Position numbers and translations under genes: made by a program
Assembly: GCF_036365525.1 (NCBI RefSeq)
Contig: NC_090413.1
Span: 26,612,262 to 26,676,261, forward strand
Direction: 5' to 3'
Length of the DNA stretch: 64,000 nucleotides
Origin: Heterodontus francisci
Lineage: Eukaryota
In this document: piece after piece, positions 38,101-49,696 of the stretch
Layout: each line of letters begins with the position of its first letter
Numbering within the stretch: the first letter of the stretch is position 1
Notes under the pieces: model-generated
Seen by the model: only the letters and a program-made list of their open reading frames with translations
Databases searched by the model: none
What the model was told of the DNA's origin: nothing

Positions 38101-38277
38101 GCATGTAAGAGTTAACCACATTGCTGTGGGTCTGGAGTCACATGTAGGCCAGACCAGGTAAGGACAGCAGATTTCCTTCCCGAAAGGACATTAGTGAACT
38201 AGATGGGTTTTTAGAAATACCCTTGGTCTCTGGGTTACTAGTCCAGTGATAATACCACTATGCCACCACCTCCCCCA
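35131..38277 (-). mobile_element. Full-length but decayed CR1/L2-group LINE: tRNA-like 5' head, APE endonuclease plus RT, no ORF1, poly(A) tail
   Basis: EN motifs (TNIWGL, PDIVILTES, WVGDFNVHH, LDLVLTN, SDH); RT motifs (QFGF, LDIKAAFDRVWH, GVPQGSVLGP, FADD) broken by frameshifts. TGAAT on both flanks (35126-35130, 38278-38282); joining the flanks restores a host CR1 fragment. Confidence 0.9.
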
Positions 38278-38659
38278 TGAATGGCAAAAGAACCAGAGGC
38301 GGCATGAGGGAAAACTTATTTATGCAGCATATGGTTAAGATCTGGAAAGTACTGCCGGAGCATGTGTTGGAGGCAAATTCAATCGAGGCTTTCAGAAGGG
38401 AATAGGATAATTACAGGGCTGCGGAGAAAAGGCAGGGGAGTGGGACTAGCTGAATTGCTGTTGCAGAAAGCCAGCATAGACATGATGGGCTGAATGGCCT
38501 CCTTCTGTGCTGTAATCATTCTATGATTCTGTGCATGCTAATCTCAAATAGAGAGCTCACACTTCATAGTTTAAAGGCAATTTTCATTAAAATAAGAAGT
38601 ACTTTATATGTCACTGATAAAATAGCCTCAAAGTGCCAGAATACTACAACTACATACTA

Positions 38660-39096
38660 CTTCTTTCTTTGGCCTCCTTATCTCGAGAGACAATGGGTAA
38701 GCACCTGGAGGTGGTCAGTGGTGTGTGGAGCAGCGCCTGGAGTGGCTATAAAGGCCAATTCTGGAGTGACAGGCTCTTCCACAGGTGCTGCAGAAAAATT
38801 TGTTTGTCGGGGCTGTTACACAGTTGGCTCTCCCCTGCGCCTCTGTCTTTTTTCCTGCCAACTTCTAAGTCTCTTCGACTCGCCACACTTTAGCCCCGCC
38901 TTTATGGCTGTCTGCCAGCTCTGGCGAACGCTGGCAACTGACTCCCACAACTTGTGATCAATGTCACAGGAATTCATGTCGTGTTTGCAGATGTCTTTAA
39001 AGCGGAGACATGGACGGCCGATGGGTCTGATACCAGTGGCGAGCTCGCTGTACAATGTGTCTTTGGGGATCCTGCCATCTTCCATGCGGCTCACAT
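38660..39096 (-). mobile_element. RTE-clade LINE 3' fragment
   Basis: HVSRMEDGRIPKDTLYSELATG.RP.GRP.LRFKD.CK..M is the typical RTE ORF C-terminus; short repetitive tail. Confidence 0.85.
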
Positions 39097-39501
39097 GGGA
39101 TTAATCTGACTGGTCATAATTTGAGAATGAGGTTAGAACAAGCCAGGACTGATACTACCAACATCCAAACATCTAATTTCTTCGAGTGTTAATGAAATTA
39201 AATTATTACAGCTATGTACAAGAACGAGCTTCTATATTCCACATACAGCTTTATTTTGTACTCTAAATTGGCAATCTCAGGTTGCTATAGTTTTCACTGA
39301 CACCAAACCAGGGAAGGGAGATCACAGGACAAGTCACCGACTTACACAGAATTTACAGCCCAGAAACTGGCCCTACACTGGTGCTAATGTTCCATGAGAG
39401 CCTCCTCCCACCATTCTTCAACTCATCCTATCAATCTTTAAGAATTTAAAAATTCCTTTTTCAGAACATATTTATTATGCAGTCCAATAAACTTCAAGGC
39501 T

Positions 39502-39598
39502 GATGAAGGGTCATCGACCTAAAATGTTAACTCTGTTCCTCTCTCCACAGATGCTCCCAGACCTGCTGAGTATTCTCAGCATTTTCTGTCTTTATTTC
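39502..39598 (+). mobile_element. Penelope-like pLTR fragment starting at a hammerhead-like core; 13-bp TSD
   Basis: (CT)GATGAAGGGTCATCGACCTAAAATGTTAACTCTG...; AAACTTCAAGGCT at 39489-39501 and 39599-39611. Confidence 0.75.
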
Positions 39599-40729
39599 AA
39601 ACTTCAAGGCTACTTAATATGGCATTTGTAAGTGGGTCAAGTGACCCTTCTCATGTTCAGACAGTGCAGGGAAATTGCATTGATGCCAACTCACAATATG
39701 AGAATCCAGCCAAGAGCCCAGGATTTGGGACAGGGTCAGGGCACATCTGTGGGCAAGTTTGACAAATCTCAAATCTACCCAGTAAATGAAGCCAATGGAA
39801 TATTTGGACCTGGGTATTTACTCATCAAAAATGTCAATGTAGATCTGATGATGATGTATTTTAACAAAAAACTGACCAAAGTAAATGGAGTCCTTTACGA
39901 GTACAATTATATATTTATTTTATAAATCACTTCCCTCTACTAATATAGAGAGCTCTTTAATAGCTGGTACCAGGAAGCCTAACACCACCCAACTGCATCT
40001 TTCCCTACACTCTCTACTGCAGTGACCCAATCTACTTCCTTCTGGGAGAGTTTGTTCCATTTTTTCTGTGTTTCCAGAAATTATGTTTAAATACTTGATG
40101 CTGTCCCATTCACTCAGCTCTTGTCCAGCATCCTGAACAGTAACTGAAAGCAATGAGGCTTGATCCTTGTGTTCAAATCTGTCCCTGGCCTCTCGCCTCC
40201 CTTGCTCTGTAACCTCCTCCAGCCCTACAACTCTCTGAAATCGCTGCGCTCCTTCAATTTTGACCTCTTATGCATTCCCAATTTCCATTGTTCCAATATT
40301 TCCAGCTGTGATTTCAGCCGCCTGGGGCTAAATACTGGAATTCCCAGTTCCCTCCCTAAACATCTCTCCCTCTCTACCTCTAAGATGCTCCTTAAAACCT
40401 ACTTCTTTGACTAAGGTTTTGATCACCTGTCCTAACATCTCTTTATATGGCTGCGTCAAATTGTGTTTGATTAGTGTCCTGTAAAGTAGTTTGGGACATT
40501 TTGGTACACGTTTCATAAATAAAAGTTGTTTTTGACCTGGCAGTGCTTGCTGCAGATATTGTCTCATATAGTCTGATGCTTGCTGGTCTTCCCATTAGGC
40601 CTTCATTTATATTCCACTTCAACCATGAAATACTGGATTTGAGGTATTTTAAATATAAAAATTGTCCAACTCCATCTCATCCTTGCCTAATATCAAAATC
40701 TCTAACCTAATTCCCACCCAAATCTCACC

Positions 40730-41215
40730 ATCATCTAATCTCATTCCCAATCTAATATCAAGTCCCAATCCCAATCTAATATAAAATCCCATTCCCAATC
40801 TAATATAAAATCCCAATCTCAATCTAATATAAAATCCCAACCTAATATAAAATCCCATTCCCAATCTAATATAAAATCCCATTCCCAACCTAATATAATA
40901 TTCCATTCCCAACCTAATATAAAATCCCAATCCCAATCTAATATAAAATTCCATTCCCAATCGAACATAAAATCCCAATTCCAATCTAATATAAAATCCC
41001 AACCTAATATAAAATCCCATTCCCAATCTAATATAAAATCCCAATCCCAACCTAATATAAAATCCCAATCTAATATAAAATCCCATTCCCAACCTAATAT
41101 AAAATCCCATTCCCAATCTAATATAAAATTCCATTCCCAATCTAATATAAAATTCCATTCCCAATCTAATATAAAATCCCAATTCCATTCCCAATGTATT
41201 GATAATAAAATCCCA
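40730..41215. repeat. 24-bp/18-bp minisatellite (CCCAATCTAATATAAAATCCCATT)n
   Basis: About 20 units with 18-nt deletion variants, directly upstream of the CpG-rich C19orf67 promoter region. Confidence 0.95.
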
Positions 41216-41259
41216 GACTCTGTTCTCTGGGGGGGGGGGGGGGGGAGGGGCAGTTCTGA

Positions 41260-41413
41260 TTCGCGCGCGTGCACCGTTCCCCTGGTAACGCGCGCCTTTT
41301 CTGAATTGAAACCCTCCTGGGGCGCGTGTCCGCCAGGCTGCGCGGGAGCGCGCCCTGTGTTGATATTTGAACAGGAGCCGCAAGGAAGAGGCTGAAGCAA
41401 CAGCTTGGGACAA
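41260..41413 (+). promoter_or_regulatory. CpG-rich putative C19orf67 promoter and non-coding first exon with RFX X-box
   Basis: GTTCCCCTGGTAAC (41276-41289) is an X-box-like palindrome flanked by CGCGCG runs. Donor CAA|gtgagc at 41413/41414; the ATG exon is preceded by an acceptor (ttacag|, 44801). Confidence 0.6.
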
Positions 41414-43438
41414 GTGAGCAAAATAAACTTTACACATACTCAAGCATTATCTAAAAAGAAAAAGGTTGCTTTTGCAGAAATTTAAAATATTAATCTTTCT
41501 TTCCTCTGTTTTTAAGAAGTTACAGTCATCAAAACATTTTTGTCACAGCTTTAATGCTCTGTTTTTAAGATTGTTCGTGCTTTTTTAAAAAAATTGGCGA
41601 TACCACAATTGAAAGTTTACTTTTTCTCAATTATTTCCTCATGTCATAAAGTTTTCTAAGTCTTGATACTTTTTAAAATCAATTTTTAACAGAAATTAAG
41701 GGCGTATTGCTCCCAAGAAGATAAATTACAAAGAGAAACTGTTAATTTGTAATAAAAAACACACAGGAAATGTTGAAAATACACCGCAGAAATTGATAGG
41801 GAAAATTAGTTTAATCTTTCACGTGGGTTCTAAGTTCTGAAGAAGGTTCTGTATCTAAAACATCGATTTTTATTTTCTCTTTCAGATTCTAAAGGATGTG
41901 TGATCTGCTTGCAGCATTCTCTGTTTTTACTTTGTTGATAGCTTGTTCATTTCATATAGTTTAGTATTCCCTAAATTTAGGCTGCTTTCTAAATTTTCTT
42001 CTTTCCTTCAGTTTTTATTTTTTTTCTATTATTTCTCCATTAATTTAAGGCTCTACTTTTCTAATGTAGATTAAATGAGCCCCCTCACCTTGCTTGGAAT
42101 TAAGAAACCAGACATTGTTACTGGACAACTTCTCTGAGCCACTTTATTGAAACTTTTTTTTTTAATAATACCATTGCAAAAATTTAATTTTATTTCAATA
42201 TCACAGGAACGTAGGAATTGCTGGGTGAGGAAAGACCAAGGTCCAAGTTCACCTTCTACCATCCTGGTCGTCATATGATGCAACGATAATGGAGTTATTG
42301 ACTAATCACAGTGATCAATCTCTATCAGTGTGTCAACAACAGACCCAGACACGGAAGCGAGGGAAAACCTCCCAGTTGGTGGAGAGCTTTGGGAAGCGTA
42401 GGTCCAAAGTCACCTGTTCCTCCCAAGCACGCTTCATTCATCACACTTGACATCCCAAATTATTTATATACTGGATCCCAAATAGCTGGCTCTGCATCCC
42501 TTCATTTCAACTGGAGTGACTGGCAGGCTGACTGGGAAACTGGACCAGCTGGATATATACAGGTGTAGTCTGTTCAATACAGCCAGTTCTTAAGTTCTGT
42601 ACATATTCCTAGCAACAATGTTGTTGTGATTTCCCCCCCACCCCTCCAATATTGCCTTGGAATATTCCACCTTGTCTTCCTAACATGCAGTTATTGGGTG
42701 CTGGTTTCCGAATTAAATCCCCCTCCATTTATTCATAAATTTATGCACACTCTGTATTTGCTCCTTCATTCCTTTATCCCTCATTTGGAAATGAACTTCA
42801 CAAATATTGCGACAGATTTTAGATGCTGACTATTTCCCCCCTGTGTTGTAGTACAAAGCTGTAGAGATCAGGGTCGGACATGCTCAAGTTCCGGTCTGTC
42901 TTTAATTAACCAATGTCGGGCTACAATTGACCTCCGTTGCCTAGGCTAGGGAAAGGAAAAATCTGCCAGGGTTCCTGGCATCTCATTGGTATTGAGTGAC
43001 TGAAACGTGTTTGAACCCAATAGTGAAGTCCCATGAATAGTTCATAGAATCGTACAGCATAACAGGAGGCCATTCGGCCCATCATGCCTGTACCAGCTCT
43101 GTGAAAGAGCTATCCAATTAATCCCACTCCCACTGTTCTTTCCCCACAGCCCTGCAAATGTTTCCTTTTCAAGTATTTTGCCAATTCAGTTTTGAAAGTT
43201 ACAATTGAATTTGCTTCTACCGCCCTTTCAGGCAGATTCACAACATTCCGGATCACAACAATTCTCTGCATTAAAAAAAAATCCCTCATCTCCCCTCTGG
43301 TTCTTTGGCCAATTATCTTTTGACAATACACTCAAATATCCTGCTCACGTTCACCGTCTAACTTCATATTAGAAATAGCCGCTCGGGTGACTCAATCCCA
43401 ATTAGAACCCGGCTAATTTTTCCTTTCCCTAGCCTAGG

Positions 43439-44325
43439 TGTTATGACCAGGTGAGAAAAGGGTCTAGGGATCCCTCTCAGCCTTCACCTGGTCTTACCGT
43501 AACAGGGTTTAATTTTAAACACACCGTGTTTTTAGCTCCCCCTTGGTGAATCCTTGTTCACCGCTTTCCAATTATAAGGCAAAGAAACCAGCACAAACAG
43601 GCTTTCTTAGGTTTAAAGAAGAAAAGTTGAAATTTATTAAACTTGAACTTAAACTCTAATTCGGTTGACGCCTACGGATACACGACGCACCCATGCTATC
43701 ATGCATACGTGATACACACATGCAAATAGAGACAGGAAAGAGCAGAAGGAAAATAAAGTGGAAAAGTTTGAGGCAACATCTGAAGAGTTGTTATTACGAT
43801 TCTTCGAGCTCACTGTAGAGTCCTTGATTGTAGGTAGATCTTGCTTTTCATTGGGGCCCAGTCATCTTGTTAAACCTTGTTGCTGTAGGAGGCTTTTCTC
43901 TCTTGGGGTTCAAGTGTCTTCAGTGGATTCAGAGGCTTGTGAGAAACAGATGGGAGCAGACAGGAGAGATCTTCTCAGTCCAGCAGCAAACAAACAGTCT
44001 CTGAGTTCAAACTATTTGTACAATTCAGAAAAACCCAGGTTGCCCAGCAGATTAGTCATGTGACTAACTGGTCTGACCATGTCTTGGATTGTATCACCTT
44101 AGCAGTCCCTGAAATGCTCCTCTTACACACAATACCTCGTGATCAAGGTCCATTGTGGGTTGAATGTGTCAGAGAATGGTCCTTTGTCCTTCCAATCACC
44201 GTCTGTTAATATGCGAATGTCTTTTCCAGCCACGGCTGATCTGTTTAACAAGTAACAGTTTAAAATCAGTGTTCATGACAAAATTAATGTGCCTCATTCT
44301 TGGCAGGTGGGGGCCTAGCATGAGA
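43439..44325. mobile_element. Solo LTR (887 bp) with 5-bp TSD CTAGG
   Basis: Begins TGTTATG, ends CATGAGA (degenerate TG...CA); CTAGG at 43434-43438 and 44326-44330; homologous to 49697-50601. Confidence 0.85.
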
Positions 44326-44802
44326 CTAGGCAACCGAAGTCAATTGTAGCCCTTCAACTAACATCGGCTAACTAAAGACAGACTGGAGCTTGAGCATGTT
44401 CGGCCCTGATCTCTGCGGCTTAGTATGACAACAGAGGGGAAAATACTCAGTGTCTAAAATTAGTATTAGAGAACTGCAGATACTGAGAATCTCAGTGTGT
44501 GGCTCTGTAAAAATAAGGGGAAATAAAATAGTTGGGGAATACTTTCAAAAATTAGTAGTTATAATCTTTATTATTGTCAGCTTGTTTCCCCCCTCCTTCC
44601 TGATGCCCTATAAAATTCCATAGCTGAGTGGGAGAGCAGGAGATTTAGTTTCCAATCCTATACTCTTTACTTAGCTGCTTGAAGTCTGATGAGGCAACTT
44701 GGTTGGCAGCATAATGCCAACTTGGATAGAGTTTGTTGTTGCATAGGAAGCCAGGCTGGCCAAGGAATAATTAATATTCAGGGTTTCTTCATTACTTACA
44801 GA

Positions 44803-45224
44803 ATGGAGGAAAATGTTATCAATGGACATGATGTGGTGGCGTATAAGAGGAGAGATAAGCCAAAGTGCTCCTGCTCAATGGAGGTGGGCAACATGGAAGC
44901 ACAAGGGTCCCACTGGTCAGAGACAGAATTGCACCAGTTGATGGGGCAAGAAAAACAGAGGAAGGACAACCAAGTCTTTCTCCCTGCCTTGGCCTACTCC
45001 AGCTCGTCAACCATCCAGGCGGCACAGGCTTCTGCTGCACAAATCCCGAGCAGCGACACATTCCCGCCGCTGCACCAGGGGAAGGAGGAGCAGCCACGTG
45101 GGCTGGAGGATGAGGTACCTCAGTATGACATCACACTAATGGAAGAGAAGCTTCAACCAATAGAACAGCAGCTTCAATACCTGCTGAAGAAGGCAGAGGA
45201 GTTCCAGACACACCTGGTCTACAG
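44803..45224 (+). CDS. C19orf67: UPF0575/DUF3314 protein C19orf67 orthologue, coding exon 1
   Basis: MEENVING...LQPIEQQLQYLLKKAEEFQTHLVY resembles human LQYLLKKADDFQSYLLY; donor AG|gtattg. The start codon is inferred from the preceding acceptor. Confidence 0.85.
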
Positions 45225-45732
45225 GTATTGGCCCAGCTCACTTCCATTTATACTCTTTCTCACAGAGGTAAAGTCTCATCCTATTCTTTTTTCCTATAAT
45301 TTCTTTCTGCCCAATTCTTCGTCTAGCTGGCTTTATCCTTCTGCAGCTGAGTCCATGAGCAATGGATGTTTTTTTGCCTCTTGCAGGAGATTATATGGCT
45401 GAAAGGGCAGGAGTAGTTTATGGTTGGAACTATGATGGCATCTGATAGTTGGCCTAGATTTTGCTGACAAAATCACGGCCAGTTTAAAGATGCTCGCAAT
45501 GAGTAAATCATGCAGCAATCTGTGATGAGGGAAGGGAGAGGTACCAATGAATTGTGAATCACCACAGGTTGCTGGATGATTTATGTCTCTCCGCCATTAG
45601 CCTCATGAAAATGGCAGCTCATCTTCAACCGCCCTGTGAGTTTTACGAAATTGCTGCATTTATGCATTAATTGTCCGTTAAACTCATCACAGAAAGTTAG
45701 GGCTGGAATTTAACAGTAAAAGTACCTTTCTT

Positions 45733-46070
45733 AGTCATAGAAAGATACAGCACTGAAACAGGCCCTTCGGTCCACCGAGTCTGTGCTAACCAACAACAAC
45801 CCATTTATACTAATCCTACATTAATCCCATATTCCCTACCACATCCCCACCATTCTCCTACCACCTACCTACACTAGGGGCAATTTACAATGGCCAATTT
45901 ACCCATCAACCTGAAAGTCTTTGGCTGTGGGAGGAAACCAGAGCACCCGGCAGAAACCCACACAGACATAGGGAGAACTTGCAAACTCCGCACAGGCAGT
46001 ACCCAGAACTGAACCCGGGTCACTGGAGCTGTGAGGCTGCGGTGCTAACCACTGCACCACTGTGCTGCCC
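45733..46070 (-). mobile_element. HE1-type V-SINE
   Basis: Reverse complement of the full head, V domain and tail. Confidence 0.9.
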
Positions 46071-46464
46071 CAAAGATGAGATTTATGTTCCTGCCATGCT
46101 ACTCAATCTCTCCTGCCCAGAAAAGGAACAGTTTAAACTGTGGAGCCTCATTCCTACTGATATAAAAATTGTTGTTAGAGATTTTAAAAACATTTTCTTA
46201 CTTTTCCTTCTATCCCTATTTTCTCTCTCCCTCTTAATCCAATTTTTCTTTGTCTCTTTATTTCTTTTTCTGAACCTGATTTGGCGCTAATTCACACTAT
46301 TTTCTTCTCCCTCGTTCATCTGTTTCTTGCTCGATCCGAAAGTCTAACGGGGCACTCTGTGACATGCCCACTCCAGCACATTTCTGGGCCACTATTGTTA
46401 CAGGTCAAACAACATCTCAGGTGTCTGCCACTTGATGCTCTTCAGTTTGCTTCCCTCCCTGCAG

Positions 46465-46609
46465 CAGAGACCGAATCCACAATGAGGAGTTTGCCAGGGC
46501 CGTCCCGATCTTTGTGAAAACCTGCCAGCCATACTTTGCCTACCTGGAGTCCACGGCACGCAGCATCCATTCCGACAGGAAGCCTCTTCCTGAATATATC
46601 CAGAAACGG
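46465..46609 (+). CDS. C19orf67: C19orf67 coding exon 2
   Basis: SRDRIHNEEFARAVPIFVKTCQPYFAYLESTARSIHSDRKPLPEYIQKR; ctgcag| acceptor, CGG|gtaatg donor; phase-compatible. Not shown in the ORF track. Confidence 0.88.
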
Positions 46610-46729
46610 GTAATGCTTTAGGAATAAGATTGAAAAGCGCTTTGACAAAGGTTCCAGAGCTGGTCCTGCCCACTCTATTTGCAGGAAAGTTTTAGCAGCG
46701 CAACATAATCCAGGCAGACACTCCCGGTG

Positions 46730-47070
46730 GCAGTCCTGAGGGAGTGTTACACTACTGGAGTTGCCGTCTCCTGGATGAATTGTTTAATCAAGGCCCCGTC
46801 TGCCCTCTCACATTGGCATAAAAGATCGAAGAAGAGCAGGGGAGTTTTCCCCGGTGTCCTGGTCAATATTTACCCCTCAATCAACATCACTAAAACAGAT
46901 TATCTGGTCATCGTCACATTGCTGTTTGTGGGAGCTTGCTGTGCACAAATTGGCTGCCATGTTTCCTACATTACAACAGGGACAACATTTCAAAAGTACT
47001 TCATTGGCTAGACAGCACTTCAGGACATCCTGAGGTCACGAGAGACATTATATAAATGCAAGGTCTTTCT
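46730..47070 (+). mobile_element. DeuSINE (SacSINE1-like), 5'-truncated
   Basis: Deu domain and TATATAAATGCAAG tail. Confidence 0.8.
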
Positions 47071-47887
47071 CTTGGAAGTTTCAGGATTCAGTTTCCAGTC
47101 TGGTATCTGGGACAGCAATAAGATGCTATAAGTGTACCTGAAAATTGGCAGGATCTTCATTACTATACAGTGGCTCCTGTTGGAAGTGTGTTTGCATGTA
47201 CTGATGCTGGGTGAGGAGAACAACAACTAATTGTATTTATGTAGCGCCTTTAACATAGTAAAACAACCCAAGGCGCTTCACAGGAGCATTGTCAAAGTTT
47301 GACACTGAGCTACAGAAGGAGATATTAGGATAGGTGACCAAAAGCTTGATCAAAGTGGTCGCTTTTAAGGTCAAGAGAGAGAGGTGGAGAGGTTTAGGGA
47401 GGGAATTGCAGAGCGTAGGGGCCAGGCAGCTGAAGGTATGGCAGCCAATGATGAAGTAATGAAATTGGGGGATACTCAAGAGCCAGAAGTAGAGGAGGGC
47501 AGAGATCTTGGAGGGTTATGGGGCTGGAGGATATTACAAAGATAGGGAGGGGTTGGCCATGGAGGGATTTGAAAACGAGGACAAGAATTTTATACTAAGT
47601 GTATTTGAGGAAACAAACTTCAGGTGTAAAATTAAAATCAGTGTTGAAGTTCTGCACCAGGGTTCAATTGGACTGGTGGAACCTGTGAATGATTAGCACC
47701 TCCCCTTTCTTAGCTTCCGCTTTTATCTGTGAGAATCCTGTGTATATTCTGGGGACGCCAGGCTTTCCCTGGCCTGCAGCCTATTTTTTTTGTCAGTAAC
47801 TTTGCTTATCAAGGAAGTTGGCATAGGCTTTGAGACAAACCAGGCAAACGCAAACCTCTACGCCGTTTTATTTCTGGTGCTATTTGA

Positions 47888-48067
<180 letters not shown>

Positions 48068-48898
48068 TAATGGGGACCCTGCCCCGTCACCATCGCTGTC
48101 CAATAGGAAATGAAATCGCAATCCAAGAAAGTATCAGACTGTATAAACTTAGTCGTCTCAAACTGCCAACTAGCTCAAGGAGACCAGACGGTCTGGTTCA
48201 TTAGTGATCTGGCTCTGGACTGAGCTGGTCTGCCTAGTCTGGTACTGAGCCCCACAGACCAGGATGGTTCCAGGCTCTGGTTAGTGTCGGCACTTCCTAA
48301 GCTTGCAAAGGGAAAATGACCTAAACTGTATTGCAAATAAAAGTCCAATGAGGATGTGATCAGGCTTGGAAGTGTTGCCACCCCCTTCTCAAATGTCCTG
48401 TTGTCTTGACTCAAAGATGAAGAAAGACCATTTGAACAAGGCCTCATAGGACCAACTCCCTTTTGAAAGGTCCTACTGAATCTGTTTCCACCACCCATTC
48501 AGGCAGCACATTCCAGATCACAACAACTAGCTGTGTACAGTTTCTCCTTACTCTATCAAAAACACTTTGCCATTTTGAATTCCTCTATTAACTTCCTCTG
48601 ATCCGAATAGAACAACCCCAGCTTCTCTAGTCTCTCCACATAACCGAAGTTCCTCATCCCTGGTACCGTTCTAGTAATTCTCCTCTCCAAGGCTTTGACA
48701 TTCTTTCTAAAGTGTAGGGCCCAGAATTAGACACAATACTGGGGAGAAACCTTTGTCAAACTGGAATGGGTAGAGACCGTAAACACTACTTTTTTTCCTG
48801 GAGCCTGGGAGGTGAGATGTACAAATAAATCAGAGAATCGTAATGATTTCCCCCTGCTACACTCGATCTCTCTCCTTTCTTTAATCCTGGTGTTCCAG

Positions 48899-49087
48899 TA
48901 TCTGTTACTTCTACAGAGGAGAGTTCCGCCTCGGCCACTGGTTTCGTGTTTCCATCTTCCGGTACTGTATGCCCGTACCATACACAGCCGCAAAGGAGCC
49001 AACCCTGCTATTCAAGAAAATCCGGTGGAATGTAGATATCAGCGAAGGAACTTCCTTTGGGGATGCGGCAAAGCCCTGTACAGAATA
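48899..49087 (+). CDS. C19orf67: C19orf67 coding exon 4
   Basis: SICYFYRGEFRLGHWFRVSIFRYCMPVPYTAAKEPTLLFKKIRWNVD...; ttccag| and TA|gtaagt. Confidence 0.9.
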
Positions 49088-49124
49088 GTAAGTATAGATA
49101 TACAGGGTAAAAGGGTGTGAAGGC

Positions 49125-49615
49125 TTTAAAGAGAGTGCAGAAAAGAATGACGAGAATGGTTCCAGGGATGAGGGACTTCAGTTACGTGGATAGATTGGAG
49201 AAGCTGGGCTGTTCTCCTTAAAGAGAAGGTTGAGAGGAAATTTGATAGGTGTTCAATATTATGAGGGGTCTGGAGAGAGTAGATAGGGAGAAACTGTTCC
49301 AGTTGGCAGAAGGGCCGAGAACCAGAGGACACTGATTTAAAAAGTGATTGGCTAAAAGAACCAAAGGCGACATGAGGAAAAGCTTTTTGACCCAGCAAGT
49401 TGTTACAATCTGAAATGCACTGCCCGAAAGGGTGGTGGAGGCAGATTCAATCGTGGATTTGAAAAGGGAATTGGATAAGCACCTGAAGAGAAAAAAATTT
49501 GCAGGGCTACAGGGAACAGGAGGTGGAGTGGGAATAGCAAAATTGCTCTTGCAGAGAACTAGCACGGACTTGACAGGCCGAATGACCTCCTGTGCTATAA
49601 CCATTCTATGATTCC
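49125..49615 (+). mobile_element. CR1-clade LINE 3' fragment
   Basis: ALKRVQKRMTRMVPGM-like coding remnant and 3' UTR CCTCCTGTGCTATAACCATTCTATGATTC. Related fragments at ~2880-3150, 14180-14340, 32825-33190, 38283-38530, 43043-43320 and 48425-48740. Confidence 0.8.
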
Positions 49616-49696
49616 ACGGTAGCCAAACAACCTTCCCCTGTGCTATACAATTCTAACCATGAATGCTATTTTACCTGTTATTATATGGATTTATAT

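Noticed and set aside
41833-41870. Additional hammerhead-like motif GTTCTGAAGAAGGTTCTGTATCTAAAAC
   Set aside because: A heavily decayed Penelope remnant; stem II and the GAAA box are disrupted.
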